Shown piece after piece: positions 13,601 to 26,800 of a stretch of DNA of 64,000 nt (position 1 is its first letter; every line of letters starts with the position of its first letter). This DNA comes from Botryllus schlosseri (Eukaryota): assembly GCA_051294905.1 (NCBI GenBank), contig CM119372.1, positions 35,590,001-35,654,000 on the forward strand. The letters run 5' to 3'. The notes under the pieces are model-generated. The model did no database searches and was not told the DNA's origin. It saw only the letters and a list, made by a program, of their open reading frames with translations. Both the position numbers and the translations under genes were made by a program.

Positions 13601-14751
13601 GTTATTGTCAGCGCGTTGTGTCGTCATATAAGCACGTCGAAGCATTAAGCGACGCCATCTGATCTCAGATTAGTGGCGAACGAAATATCGCATATGTAAT
13701 CAATGCTTAGATCGAATATGTAATATGCAACTTCACGCTGTATCACTGGTAAACCCGTGTGTATAGCCGTGATGAGCGGGTAGTGCTTTTCGAGACTTCG
13801 AATCCCTCTGACAACTTTAGTGTCTGAGGAAAACTCCCTCCGACTCCGAAGAGTTCAATCCCAGACTCCGAGATACTCCGATGAATCTCGTCAGTATCCG
13901 AAACACTGGCAAGCATGGTAATGTGTTTTACTAAATTATTGTGATAATTGGGTCGGCCTCAAAGTATTGTCTACTCTCCAGTCCCCGATTGCAGTGTAGA
14001 TGGCTGATTTTTATGCACTTGGCAATCATTTCTGCATGTTACCCGTCATATTACAACTTTACAAGGTGTCAACTGACTGTGTTTTGGTTTGTAATCATAT
14101 TAAAGAGTGTATTCTGGTCAGGGCTATCCAAAGATATCGGAGACAAAAGTTACAATACTCCGAAAGTCTCCAAAAAAATATCTGTAGTAAACTCCGACTC
14201 CGCTCCGACTGTCACAAAATCGTCAAAACTCCGCTCCGAATCCACTTCGACTCCGCTCCGATGCCCATCAGTAGTGTATAGGTGTTGGCCAAATTGATGC
14301 CTGTCGACATGGCAGCTGAAAGTATGTTAATTTTCGAAACGCCCCGTTTATGTCCATGGAAACTATTATGCTGACTATTTTCATGGTTTTTGCATTGTAG
14401 GCTCCTGTTGCTGACCTCCATCGATAAGAAACGGATGCAGGCAGGTGCCTACACGGATGAATATTATGTTTTGCCTAGGTATGTTATGTTATGTTGTGCT
14501 ATTTTATGATATGTTATAATATGGAAATGAAAGTGGGAATGTAAATCAGCCGTATACACGCGGTAGGCGTGAAGGATCTAAAACTAATATTTTTCCGCGG
14601 GTTAATTCAAATATTGCAGTCAATCAATAGGTAACAATATCATGATTTCTGGGCCCACGGTAAGCAGGGAAAATATCGGATAGAGTACATAAACGTCAAC
14701 GCGTTACGATTTTGCAGTTGCGTGATTGACGGAGGAGAGTGTTGGCACAAG

Positions 14752-14818
14752 ATGAAGTTGATTCCGTTTGTCGGCGTGTTGGTGTTCTGTGCACATACAC
14801 AGTTCCCTTCAGTTGCAG
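14752..14818 (+). CDS. RBL exon 1, signal peptide MKLIPFVGVLVFCAHTQFPSVA
   Basis: AAG-ATG context, hydrophobic core ending SVA, donor G|GTAAGT (phase 1). Confidence 0.85.
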
Positions 14819-17800
14819 GTAAGTTAAGTGTATGATACGATGAGCATAAATGTGAATAATTAAGTTGTATGCGTCGATAACGGTCTCTGAATAAGGGCCT
14901 TTAGCATATGTTTCCGATCTCACAGCCTCTCACGCAATGAAGATTCGTCGATTAAGAGGCAGAATATTTTTTCTTTTTACTGACTTTTCATCGAAATACG
15001 CCCTATTCCAACCCACGGTATGTTCGATTTCAAAAGACAGGGAGGCTTTTATGGTGGTTTCATCAACACATTTCCTTCGATGAATTGGCATATAGATAAA
15101 ACGTAAAATAATAATTCGGCGCATGGATTTGTTACAGTGACACTTCGTGAGCTCACTTCGTTTGTGAACAAGAAGCAGCTGTTTAGTTTCAACAAAATAT
15201 CATCAATGAAATGGCGTCAACTGTCCTATACATAGACTTCACCATCTTAAAATAATAATTTCCTTTTTTACCAGAAGTTGAGGCCTTTCACAACTTTCAT
15301 ATGATCCACACTTTTTAGAACAATCAGACTTCCTGTCATTGCATCTCCTAGTTTTGATTGCATATGCATATATGTTTCATATGGATAATAAATATCAAAT
15401 ACTTTTCTTTTAGCCAAAACCAGAACAGTCTGTGAGCATCAATCGATGACTTTATCTTGCGGTAGATCTTCGAAGATCCACATAATGCATGCAAGCTACG
15501 GGAGACAGGACGGTGCACATACGTATGATGTTTGTCATATATTCGAGCCGGATAAAGCTAACTGCTAATATTACCGTATAAGTATATCTGAAAACCACTA
15601 ATCATTCGGTGAATGCGTGTATGTTAAAGATATGATACCGTAAGGAATAATTTTGGATACGGGACTTAAGTTCACGTTACTGTACCAAGATGTTCTGTGC
15701 ACTTTAAATGAAAATGTTATACTACTGGCATCACCAAATAGCGCGTCTGCAAGGCAATATATATCTGCAATTTCCTTGTCCAGCAGCATATCGAAATCAT
15801 GCACTAATGGTAGTCATATACACTGATCGTGTGTATGTGTCTACGATGAGGCGGTGTATGTGCCGCAAAAACATCAAGGACAAAAATAAACTACGTAATT
15901 GACTAACCCACAATTTCCTACCTAGCGTCGAGCTTTTATATCCATTCCAGTACAGAACATACAACAACAAAATATAACAATCGATAATCTGGTATCTCAT
16001 AAGTGTAATATATTTTACAATGCCTTTTGGACTAGGGAATTAGTCTAAAGGTGGCCTAATTAGACAGCGTTGACACTCGAGAAGAAAATATACCGTCGAT
16101 TTATACTTAATGACAAGTAGAATTAGCAATCCGGTAACGAATATACTTGAGTACTATACATAAGTACACAACATGGAAATTTCCTATAATCCTAATTTGG
16201 TCTTGCTTCTTCAAAATGGAATCCGGCACACATCTGACTTCGGCCGAATCAGTAAAATATGAAAATATATTAATCTGGCGCCAATCCGATTCCGGTCGGC
16301 AATTTTTAAAAATCCAGCGAATATCAACCCACGCTAAATCTTGCACACTACTCCCTAGTATTACAGCCGTATCAGAAAAGGTACGAACCGGCTCCAAGCC
16401 AGATCCAGCCGAATCAGCAACAGGAACAAGCGCCGGATATCCACTCCATGGACTATCCATGCCCCACTATATTATATACTCACTACGGTTGGCGAATTCA
16501 CTGATGTTGTCGAAGTGATGAACGTTTATACGCAAGTGAACGTAGTGGCAGTTACGTAAATTTCCACTCAATCACAAGTAGAGTTGCCTAATTCCGAATA
16601 GTGTCAGAACTACGTCAAGTCAAATTAGAAAAAGACGTTATGAAAACTACTGAGAAGGTCATTTCAAAGAGTTCGTTGAGTCGAGCGGTCGCATGCTTTT
16701 GTTACGTTAATCGGTGGTGGGCACTTTGATATTGCTAAATGCACCTTCGCGACTGAGGCAAAGTGATAAGGGACGTTACAAATAGGGACTACACCTGAAC
16801 ACATTGCCAGTTACCGCAACATATGACTGTTTCATGCTGTTCACATGCTCAGCAGTAGATCCGGCGTACATCCCATTAGTGGTGAGCGGATCAGAACATT
16901 TCCTGATTCCACTCCAATCGTATTTCTCCAAAACGGAATCCGGCTGCGACCCGACTCCGGTCGTACCTCAATAAAAGTATTAATCCGGCTTCGATTCTGT
17001 TCCGGACGAAAATGAAGAAAATCCGGTTAACACCCACTGCGACAGTTGCCTCTAGCTTTATGCCCAGCCCTAATATCCACCTGTGAAAATTAATACTAGC
17101 AATGCTCACTTTCTTCACAGTATGCCAATCGAAATTTACATTCGAATGCGCCATTAATCATTATTAAGGCTGGACAGATTCGAGAACCTGAATGATTTGA
17201 TTCTGAATCACGTAATATGCTTCGAGTCGAGTATTCGAACATCGATCATTATGACGTCATAACATAATGTGATATTTCAAAGATCAAACGAGTACCTTGT
17301 ACCTTTTACGCCACCAGCCACCACAGAGAATATAATACTCGTTTCAGATTCGAGTACTCGAATCATTGTGCCCATGCAGTCCTAATCGTTATGGCGCTGC
17401 GAACCGTATGTTAATCTGAGTGTTGAAGATACAAAATAAAATTCATCCCGATATTTCGTTCCATAGATGCCCGCATCCATCGATCAGATCCAGGTCGTAC
17501 AGATGCCGCGCTTCATCGAGTAAGCGCGTGCTAATTCACGCCTGCGAAGGAAAGTCTCGATGCCGCGTCGAGGCCAACAACGGTGTGTTTGGTGATCCGT
17601 GCCGTGGTTTATTCAAGTATTTGCGGGTCCAATATCTATGCATACAGTCATCAGGTAAGTGAATCACATTATTTTGAAAGGTATATCTCCATTATGCGCA
17701 ATGTGTTGGCGGACTCGTTCCCACTTGTATTATTACTCAAGTGGTTACATTTTAAGCGATTTCTAGTTCTATTTGAACACAATTGTGGAAACACTACCTA

Positions 17801-20800
17801 CCTTAAGTACTTTAGATTTTTGGCAAACCGTAGAAATATGTTTTCTAGATAAGTGTGCATCACATTTTTCAGTAAAATTGTCACAAGAGTCGCGTAAAAT
17901 AGCCCTATATCACGGAATCTGTCTATATTTTGATAGATCCTACGTATCTGTCATTTGACGTTAATCGTGAAGATGAATCTTGAAACTTCGAGAGTAGTCA
18001 CATCCGTTTAATTAATCAGAGCATGCTACGCGTTGAATCAAACTACTTGTCGTAACTTACACGCAACATTCTCATGCATTCCCGTCCACGGAATTTGTCG
18101 CGGAAGGAATAACACTGGTCAAGAAAATAAAGCAAATTTTTTTGCAGAACATCTAGGAGTCGATTTGGGGGTTTTCAAGGTTGCTGTTTACGAATATCAC
18201 ATTACTTTTGCCAGATTGGCTCTAGAAAAGAAGATATTTATACCCCTAAAAAGTCAAGCCCAAACCTGTACTTTTGCACAATGGAAATATATATTCTCCT
18301 GTACCAATTGGTCATTCTACCAAGATGAAAGAGGAGTATAAAGCTATCGAGTTTGAGTTTGTCCCTCAGGATAGCTTAACTAAAATACTCATATGCGTCT
18401 CATCTCTTTTCACTTGTAAATGGATAATTTTCCGTTAAGCCAACAAAGTGGGTATGGGTATACCTAGTATCCATATCAAACGAGAAGCTTTAAATCTGAA
18501 TTCTTTGATGGATCTCAGATTCGAATATGGACTAAGGATTACAATTTCCTATTAAGAAAGGTGCTCACTGCATGGAATCTCTTCTAGTATGAAGTAAATA
18601 AAAGTTTTTGGAAGATCACAAAGCAACAAACTACAAACAGGTAGTCCGAGAATTGGTATCTGCATATGGAAACCTTGAAAAAAATATGAGCATTAAATCA
18701 TACTTCCTGTTCCGTCATCTTGATATATTTTCTGATAATAATGCTGATTAGAGGGAATGGAAAGTGGAAAGGTTCCACCAGTACATCAAAACAACCAAAG
18801 AAAGATATCAGTGCAGATGCGACGAACATATTATGGCAGACTATTGCTGGAACCTTTCGAAAAACTGCACCAAATTGCTTACAACAGAAAATATTACAAG
18901 AACCTACTTTGCTTTGATATCAGTTATTAATATTATATTCCAACTGATTATTTGAAATTTGAAATAGGTGGTTGACATGAAACTGATTCAATTAATGCAA
19001 CGTTATTTGAGTATTTAGGTAAATACTAATGTACATTATTGAAGTTTATTTATGTACATGATATCCGTTAAAGTCTCCAATTATGATAATACTAATACCC
19101 CGAAATATAATTCATTTTATGTATTTTGATTTAAAACAGTCTTCAGCGTGCCAAAATAACAAGTAGATTAAATTTCTGAACTTTATAGTATGACTGAGCC
19201 TATTTTTTATCCAGCCCATACAGCAAACATATGAGATTTTAGTCAAAATAGCCCCATGGATTATCTCAAAAAATAGAGCCAATTTGAAAAAACGAAGGTC
19301 ATATTCGGAATCAGTGCCCTTCAGATCCCCCAAAACCACTCTTACTTTGTCTGCCAAAAATATGTGTTGACCAGTGTCATCAATTATATTGCGACCAGGA
19401 CCGTAACTGCCGCACCCCATCATCCCCCCCTCCACACACACACACACACACACACCTCAATTGGGTGGAGCGAGCTAGAAGTGGGCCCTAAAGTCAAATC
19501 GTGAATAAACATAAATCATAGCGTATTCCTTTAGAAAGTGATACAACTTTTTCAAACAAGTCCGGAAACTTCAGTATATTTACAATAGACATGCCGGGAT
19601 ATGTTTAATTGTCCATAGGAGCCTAAATGGCTGGCGCCGAATGTGCCTGTCCTGGCGATCTGGGCCCCACAAGACATATGCCATCCCCCGCAGGGGACAT
19701 TATTTGCCTGAAAACAAATACAAATTCGAAATCGCGCGCATCTTTTAGTTTAGTACGTTTGGGCGATTTCAATATATTTTGACATAGCAGATAAGAGGTC
19801 ACGAAACACCTTAATGTACGGAAGTCATTATACCAACGTGTCTGTCCCAAGACGTTTAAATATTATTTAGGGGTCTTACCTTTTCCAACACACCTCACTA
19901 AGCTCTACCGATAAATCTGATTACGTGAGTAGAGAGAGTATAAAAAGTGATACCGATATATATGCAATTCCCAATTTTTAACATAGTGGTGACTTTGCAA
20001 TCTGAGCCACACCGTGTAGATTCGAACCCTAAAGTAAAATGACGGGCCCCATGTATAAATATCAATTTGGAATTTTGTGCGCCACACTAATGAAGGTTTT
20101 TCTTGTACCTTTGGGTGACTCCTATTAATATTTTGACTACACCGACATTTGTGTTGGGAGGACAAGAAATAACGACATGCAACAAATTGAATACTAACAA
20201 CTTGAAGATGAACCATAATTAATTTTGTGCCTAAAATTTTTGAAGGCACCCTCTCCCTAAGAAATAATGGTAAATCTGTTCACCTGGGTGGGGAAAGGAT
20301 AAATCTGTAAATAGTAGTATGAAATGTGCGTTATGCATCGTGCAACCACCAATATTATGGACGAAATTCATTCACGCAGTTGAAATATTTTTCGTGCTGG
20401 GCGCGACTAGACAACGAATTTCAATAACTTTTCATAAAATTAATACTAGCGATTTCGGTGCTTAATAAGCCTGCGAAAGCGTTCTGCTTCTACAATTAGT
20501 AACTTTTATAGAAAGACCGATGGCGCAATCCGCGGTACGAAGTCAACCAGTAGCCAATTTACCAAGTATAGTTTCCGACCAGGTGAACCATTTCGACTGT
20601 CCGCTGCAGTGCGTTCGTATGCTATATATGTATTGAGAATGCGCCAGTCAATAGCAAAAAAGTTGAACACCCCGATGTAAGCTAGTCGATGAATACACGG
20701 CCTTCGGCACGAGAGACTGTGACTGAGTCTCGGTGGTGCCGCGTTTATCCACGCAAGGTAATTTTACCTTGACTCTGCAGACGCATACTACGGCAAAATT

Positions 20801-23800
20801 ACATGATTACTATCATGAACATCAAAATATCACTTTCCAGTACCATACTTGCAACAAATGGCTGCATACATTTGTAGTAATTGTATTTTGGGTTGATTTC
20901 AAGTTCTAGATCATCCTGTCCATCGAATAGTTTTAAAATATTACCGGTCCATGAGCTAAAAAAGGTTGAGAACCACTGTATGTGTACGCTATACATGCAG
21001 TTAATTCTTAAAATACAAATCTTAAAAACCCCGGATCATCTACACAGCCCACGCCTGACTTTTACATTCTATCCCCCTCAACATATAACGTATATCTATA
21101 TTGCACCAAACAGCGTTTGCCATGAGACAGTGAAGCGCCGGATCAGGTGTATGTATAGGGATGTATTATTGAACCAACACTTTAATAATATATTCATAAT
21201 AAAATATATTAAAACCCGAAGCTTTTCGAGCTGACACTTTTCAAGGGCAATCGTCAGCATATGGAGGATTTCAAAAACATGCATCTAGCTACATTGCAAA
21301 CAACCAATTATGACGTCATAGAAACAAACAACATGAAATACAGGCAAACCGCGAGCGCAGCTAGTGGCCAATTTTTAGATTCACTAAAAATTCCTTCTGC
21401 TGACACAAGCGCGGTCGGTGGATTTTAATATAAGTCGATTCCAGTGCAGACAGATGGAAATTAGTGCGGCCTCTGCCTAATATAGAAATCTTTCATCGCG
21501 ATAGTTTTTAGCGCAAGTTGCATTCTCAGCCAAATGCTTGCCGATGGCAGAGTTCATAGCCATGGCCTGATTACGTTCTAGTAATCGCAGATCAGTTAAA
21601 GCTGCGTCTTCGCGAGAGTCCAATGTGCGTGATCTAATAACGCTAGGAACATGTTGTTTGATGCGTTCCTGCAAGCGCTGAGTTGTTCTTCCCACGTACC
21701 GACAATCACAGTGGCACTTGAAATCATAGACTATATTGCTTTGTTGAGAAGCAGGAAGAACATCTTTGCGCGTTGCAGGAAGCATTTGTTTGGTGGTAAA
21801 CACAACATTAGTTTTTACATTATCGTAACAGCGATTTACAGCAGAAATCAATTGCTTTTCAAACCGGGAAGAGATGGGGCCCAGCCACGGTAAATGGCTA
21901 TGAACTCTGCCATCGGCAAGCATTTGGCTGAGAATGCAACTTGCGCTAAAAACTATCGCGATGAAAGATTTTCTATATTAGGCAGAGGCCGCACTAATTT
22001 CCATCTGTCTGCACTGGAATCGACTTATATTAAAATCGACCGACCGCGCTTGTGTCAGCAGAAGGAATTTTTAGTGAATCTAAAAATTGGCCACTAGCTG
22101 CGCTCGCGGTTTGCCTGTATTTCATGTTGTTTGTTTCTATGACGTCATAATTGGTTGTTTGCAATGTAGCTAGATGCATGTTTTTGAAATCCTCCATATG
22201 CTGACGATTGCCCTTGAAAAGTGTCAGCTCGAATAGCTTCGGGTTTTAATATATTTTATTATGAATATATTATTAAAATGTATATTAAAGTTCTGTACCC
22301 CAAAGAGTCTCTTGAACCAACACTGTAAGCAACAGTGAAGCCAACTTGTAACAGCACAGTTTCGCTGTGAGCACCAAGTTATTATGCTATTAAGGATTCC
22401 AGTCTCCTAGAGGGCGAACTGCAGTTGGCTGGATCATTCTTGTTGTCATCATCTCTAACGATACGCCCATTCATGACCATATCCGCTGCCAGTTTTCAAT
22501 TGCATTCCCTTTCAAATGCGCTTTTGTTAATATGCAGTTCATTGCCGTCACGCAATTCAAAGAACAGAAAATATCGAAACCGTTTGCGAGCATCATAGGA
22601 TGAACATTGATTGCGGAGATTCCTTGAAAATTAAAATCAAAAGCGCCATGTACGGAAGAAAGGACAATAGAGACACGTATGTAGCTTATACTTTACATTC
22701 ACATATTCAGCGTCTAATAATGCACAACTTAAAACTCATGAAAATTCCCAAGCTCATTTTCTTTAACTTCTAATGGTAACCAATCAGGGTTTACATGACC
22801 CGACCGGTTCACTGAGCCAGTGTCACGGATTCGTTGTAGGTTAATACACACGCCTCAGTCATACGACAGAGTTAACACTGAATTTCAGTCAATATTCATT
22901 GTATTCTAGTTGCGATGTGTGTCAATCATATTCTATTGGATTTGTTGTTGATTTGAACACAGTTAATTTTGTTTGGGTAAACATATGACCTCCTTATTAG
23001 GAGTTATCCACTTTTATCAGTAGATTGAAAATGTCCTCAGAGGACGCCTATATATCCTCCTTTTTTGGAAATTAGTCATCCTTTGCAGCTTTGGCAGTTA
23101 TATGATAATGGACAGTGTCAACTAAAAATCGGCACAAATGACGCAAAATATGTTATTCGAAAGTTCGAGTGGGTAATTGGGGAGTCGAGTCAAAATGATG
23201 ACCGTTTTTTCGTCAACACAACAATATTATTAATTATTAAATATTATTAACACTAGAACGAACAAGTGGCTTTTTTGACGCGTTTTCATTTTTCAGTCAG
23301 ATCCCGCGCTGTTCGGCTGAAACTTCTTGACTTTTATCTATTTTATGTAGGCCGCTTAACCTATGATTTTCATCACTCGTCTAGTACAAATGAAAAAGTT
23401 ATACACAGAACTACCGATAGGCTTTTTTGACGCATTACAGTTTTTATACCGCGAGGCATCGCAGTTTGTCATATTCTTGATTCTGGTTATGTATCTGCCA
23501 AACCCAGAAAAGTCATTTGTAACAACAAAACTTCGGTATATATCGACTTCGTCTAACTGTGTTAGCAGCAACATCCCTTTCAGTACAGAGCATTGTATCT
23601 TCCTCTTTCCGAGTCATCAAGTGTCTGTAATATTATATTTCGGAAGCTCAGCGTGCTACAGGACATGAAGATTGAAATGTACCACTAGACCAGTGGTTCT
23701 CAACCTTTTTGTCTTCGCCGACCCCTTTCGCACCGTCACAGATCCCGCGGACCCCCACAAAATTGTCTTGAAATTTAGCTCAATTATCGCGCAATCGTCA

Positions 23801-26800
23801 TCTTTCTTGTGCAAATTATAACTGTAGGCTTGGTGCTAAACTGCTACAAATTGACTTTTCTTGAAAATAAGATCATACTATCGATGTAGAAATTAAGTCG
23901 ACTTCTATTACTTCAAAGCTAATTCTGCAATTGCATTTCTTGAAATACGTGGTGGTGTCTTGTAACTCCGCGCCCCCGATAGGATATTAACGAGTGCAGA
24001 AAATCCATTTCTACAAATATGGGTGGTAGTGAATGTAATAATAACGCGTAACGCTTCCGACGACACATTTGCGTATGATCGCAACAAATGTGGCACCACA
24101 ATTTATGGACAATTTTTTGATGAACATATAACGTCAAGCTTGGTCATTTCAATCTAGCATCTTATCTTGAAGTTATCGTGAAGAAAATGGTTATACATAT
24201 ATATCACAGGAGAAAATGGATTTTTGTAAACATTTCGAAGTCACCGTGATTGACCTTACTCATCCAACTTTTTTTCCACAATCCACAACAAAAACATCTC
24301 TAAACAGGGAAATGTTTGTATCCGTAGGCTATTGGCAATTTAGCAATCAAAATGAGTGCGCAGAGAAGGCTATTTCCTCTCAGACTGCCATTCTGTTGAT
24401 GTATGCTCTGGAGTTTCGCTAGTCGTGATTTTCTAGTCGTGCCTCGTGATTTTCCGAATTTAAAAAACACACACATTAGTTTATCAACTGTTTTTAGGCT
24501 TCGCGGACCCCCTGAAAATGCTTCGCGGACCCCCGGTTGAGAACCACTGCACTAGACCAAGCCGACATCTGTATTGGTCATACTAAAATACTGGGGTTGT
24601 ACAATGGCGAAGGGCCATTGCTCTAGTGTACGAGATGGATCTTGGGGGGAGGGGGCTGGATCTGATAAATTGAATGCATATGAAGACTGAGTGCATGAAT
24701 GCATTATGTTTAGTCAGACCCTCTCGAGAAATGGGTTTGTGGAAGTCATTAACTTTCTATTGACATAAAGAGTAAAAAGAGGTAGACTCGATAAAGATCA
24801 TTTTGTTTTCATTTGTTACATGGTTAAAATTCCAAAGTAATAGGGGTATAATGTCTGATGGTGGATGCTGCTGCTATCAAGTATTTGTACAACGGCGTCT
24901 AATATTTAGGCAGGGATAAGACAGCACACCTCTCCTATAATCTATACAGTTGCCAAGCATAGTAATGTAAAGAGTCTGATGTAATCCATCTTGAAACAAT
25001 GTTACGTGAATGTAGCTGTGTATACGCTTGGTGAAGAAAAAAACGAAGTCCCAGTTGACACTATTGTCAACAGTTGCTTGAAGCTACCCAGACCCAGAAG
25101 GAAAAAAAGCAGCTTCATGTAGCCACACTTTTCAAAACCATCATCTCGTCGATAAGCGTAACGGCGAGATGCCAGTGTAGAGATCGAAGTTGTACACATA
25201 TACATCCAGCCCACTTCAACCGAAGGTGACTGTTTCCTTCAGAAACAACACAAACAAGAAACCAGTGACAGTTAAATGTTGTAACGAAACAAAACCAGGG
25301 GGTTATTATTGACCAGGTTGTAAGGCAATATTCTAAGAGGGTACCAGCAATTTGACGATAGTCCATGCATGTTTTCTCATAATGTGATTGATCTACTACT
25401 TGCCGAAAGGCCAATACTATAAAAATATGCAAATCGAGGAACATTCTCGAATAACAAATGCGCACTAAAACTACACTGATATGTTACACCAAAAATAACG
25501 GCGATTTGTCATAAGTGTTGCACTAAAGTGTGTCTAAAATATTGCAAGTAGCTGTGAGCGCAATAAACAATGGCTTTCTGATGCCGTCTGTTGATCTTTG
25601 TGCTGATTTTTAGCTCTCTTGAATGCATCTTATAGGAAAAAGTTAAACATGCGTCAAAAAAGTCACTTGGTAGTTTTAGGTAGTTCGAAGTTCCAGTCGT
25701 TCTAGTGCTATATATTACAAAATCAGCTATTTTTAATTTCGTAAATCAACTATTATGATTTGAAAAAAGTGTCCTCTTCTCCCTATTTCAAACTAGGGTA
25801 GCACTAATTTTGTACACCAGTACTCTATGGGCATATCACAGGCATAGATATTTGTTTTGTTGACTAGGCGAAAACTTGCGGTTTGCTGAAGGCTGATGGA
25901 CAAACGTATAGGTTCGCAAGGCTAAGAAAATTAAGAAATATTGCTTTGCATCAAACAGATGCCCTGATCCGTCAGTCAAGTCCAGTGAGTATGACTGTCG
26001 CGCTGCATCAAGTGATCGAGTGATAAATCAGGCTTGCGAAGGGAAGTCCCGATGCCTCGTCGACGCCAATAACCGTGTTTTTGGTGATCCGTGTTACGGT
26101 GTATTAAAGTATTTGCGGGTTCAATATCAATGCATAAAGGCACCACGTAAGTAAAGCACAGGATTATTAGTGGCATATGCCTAATATGCGTAATGCAGTG
26201 GCGGACTTGAAGAGCTTTTACTTTGTCAGAACTCAAGGATTGGCTTTATTCTAGTACTGAGTCACGTGGTTCCGATTCTACATGAACACTATTTCGGATT
26301 TTGAACAGTATTGAAATAATTTTCCGGATTTGATTGCATCACTGTTATTATTGAAATTGTCATAAGAATCCAATGACGTATTAGACATTTACACAGCTGA
26401 TTTCACAGCTCTTTCTATAAAATTCGTTCTCAATCGGTATGCCGTGCCGTGGCAGATTAGCGTGTAGACTGGTCTACTGAGGGCTGAAGCGACAAACTGT
26501 TATAAACAAGGTCGATTAGTAACACAAATTCAGGAATTCAAATTCTGAACGTGGTATAATCGGCGGTTATATCCTTTTACCATGCAGCTCGAGACACCCA
26601 AGGTACAATGCGATGCAACGGACCGATAGAGATGTTTCGAAACGACCAAGTACAATCTCTCAATCTGGCATCCCGCCAGCCTAATGCCAGTGTTCGATGT
26701 TTATTTTCTGTATTTGGGCTTCCTCGCACTTTTCATTCTCTTCCTTGGATTGGTTCTTGATTGGGTAGATCTCTTAACTTGTTATTATAAAGACGCCATG

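Larger units (their letters stand above)
1..14152. repeat. Tandem segmental duplication, period 7,475 bp: 1-6677 recurs at 7476-14152; full unit 6678-14152, junction 6677/6678
   Basis: ORF track repeats with an offset of exactly 7475. Identity ends after GGAGACAAAAGTTA (6677 / 14152). Only three substitutions seen by eye: 1695A/9170G, 3489C/10964T, 4179T/11654C. Confidence 0.97.

Noticed and set aside
4..14421. Many 60-120 aa ORFs, including PEPEP/SGSGS-rich ones
   Set aside because: They overlap MITE subterminal repeats or AT-rich DNA and lack domains or splice support; they recur only because of the duplication.
21100..21180. SVCHETVKRRIRC as an extra lectin exon
   Set aside because: No YGR motif or matching splice phases; the real domain-2 N-half exon is at 22568.
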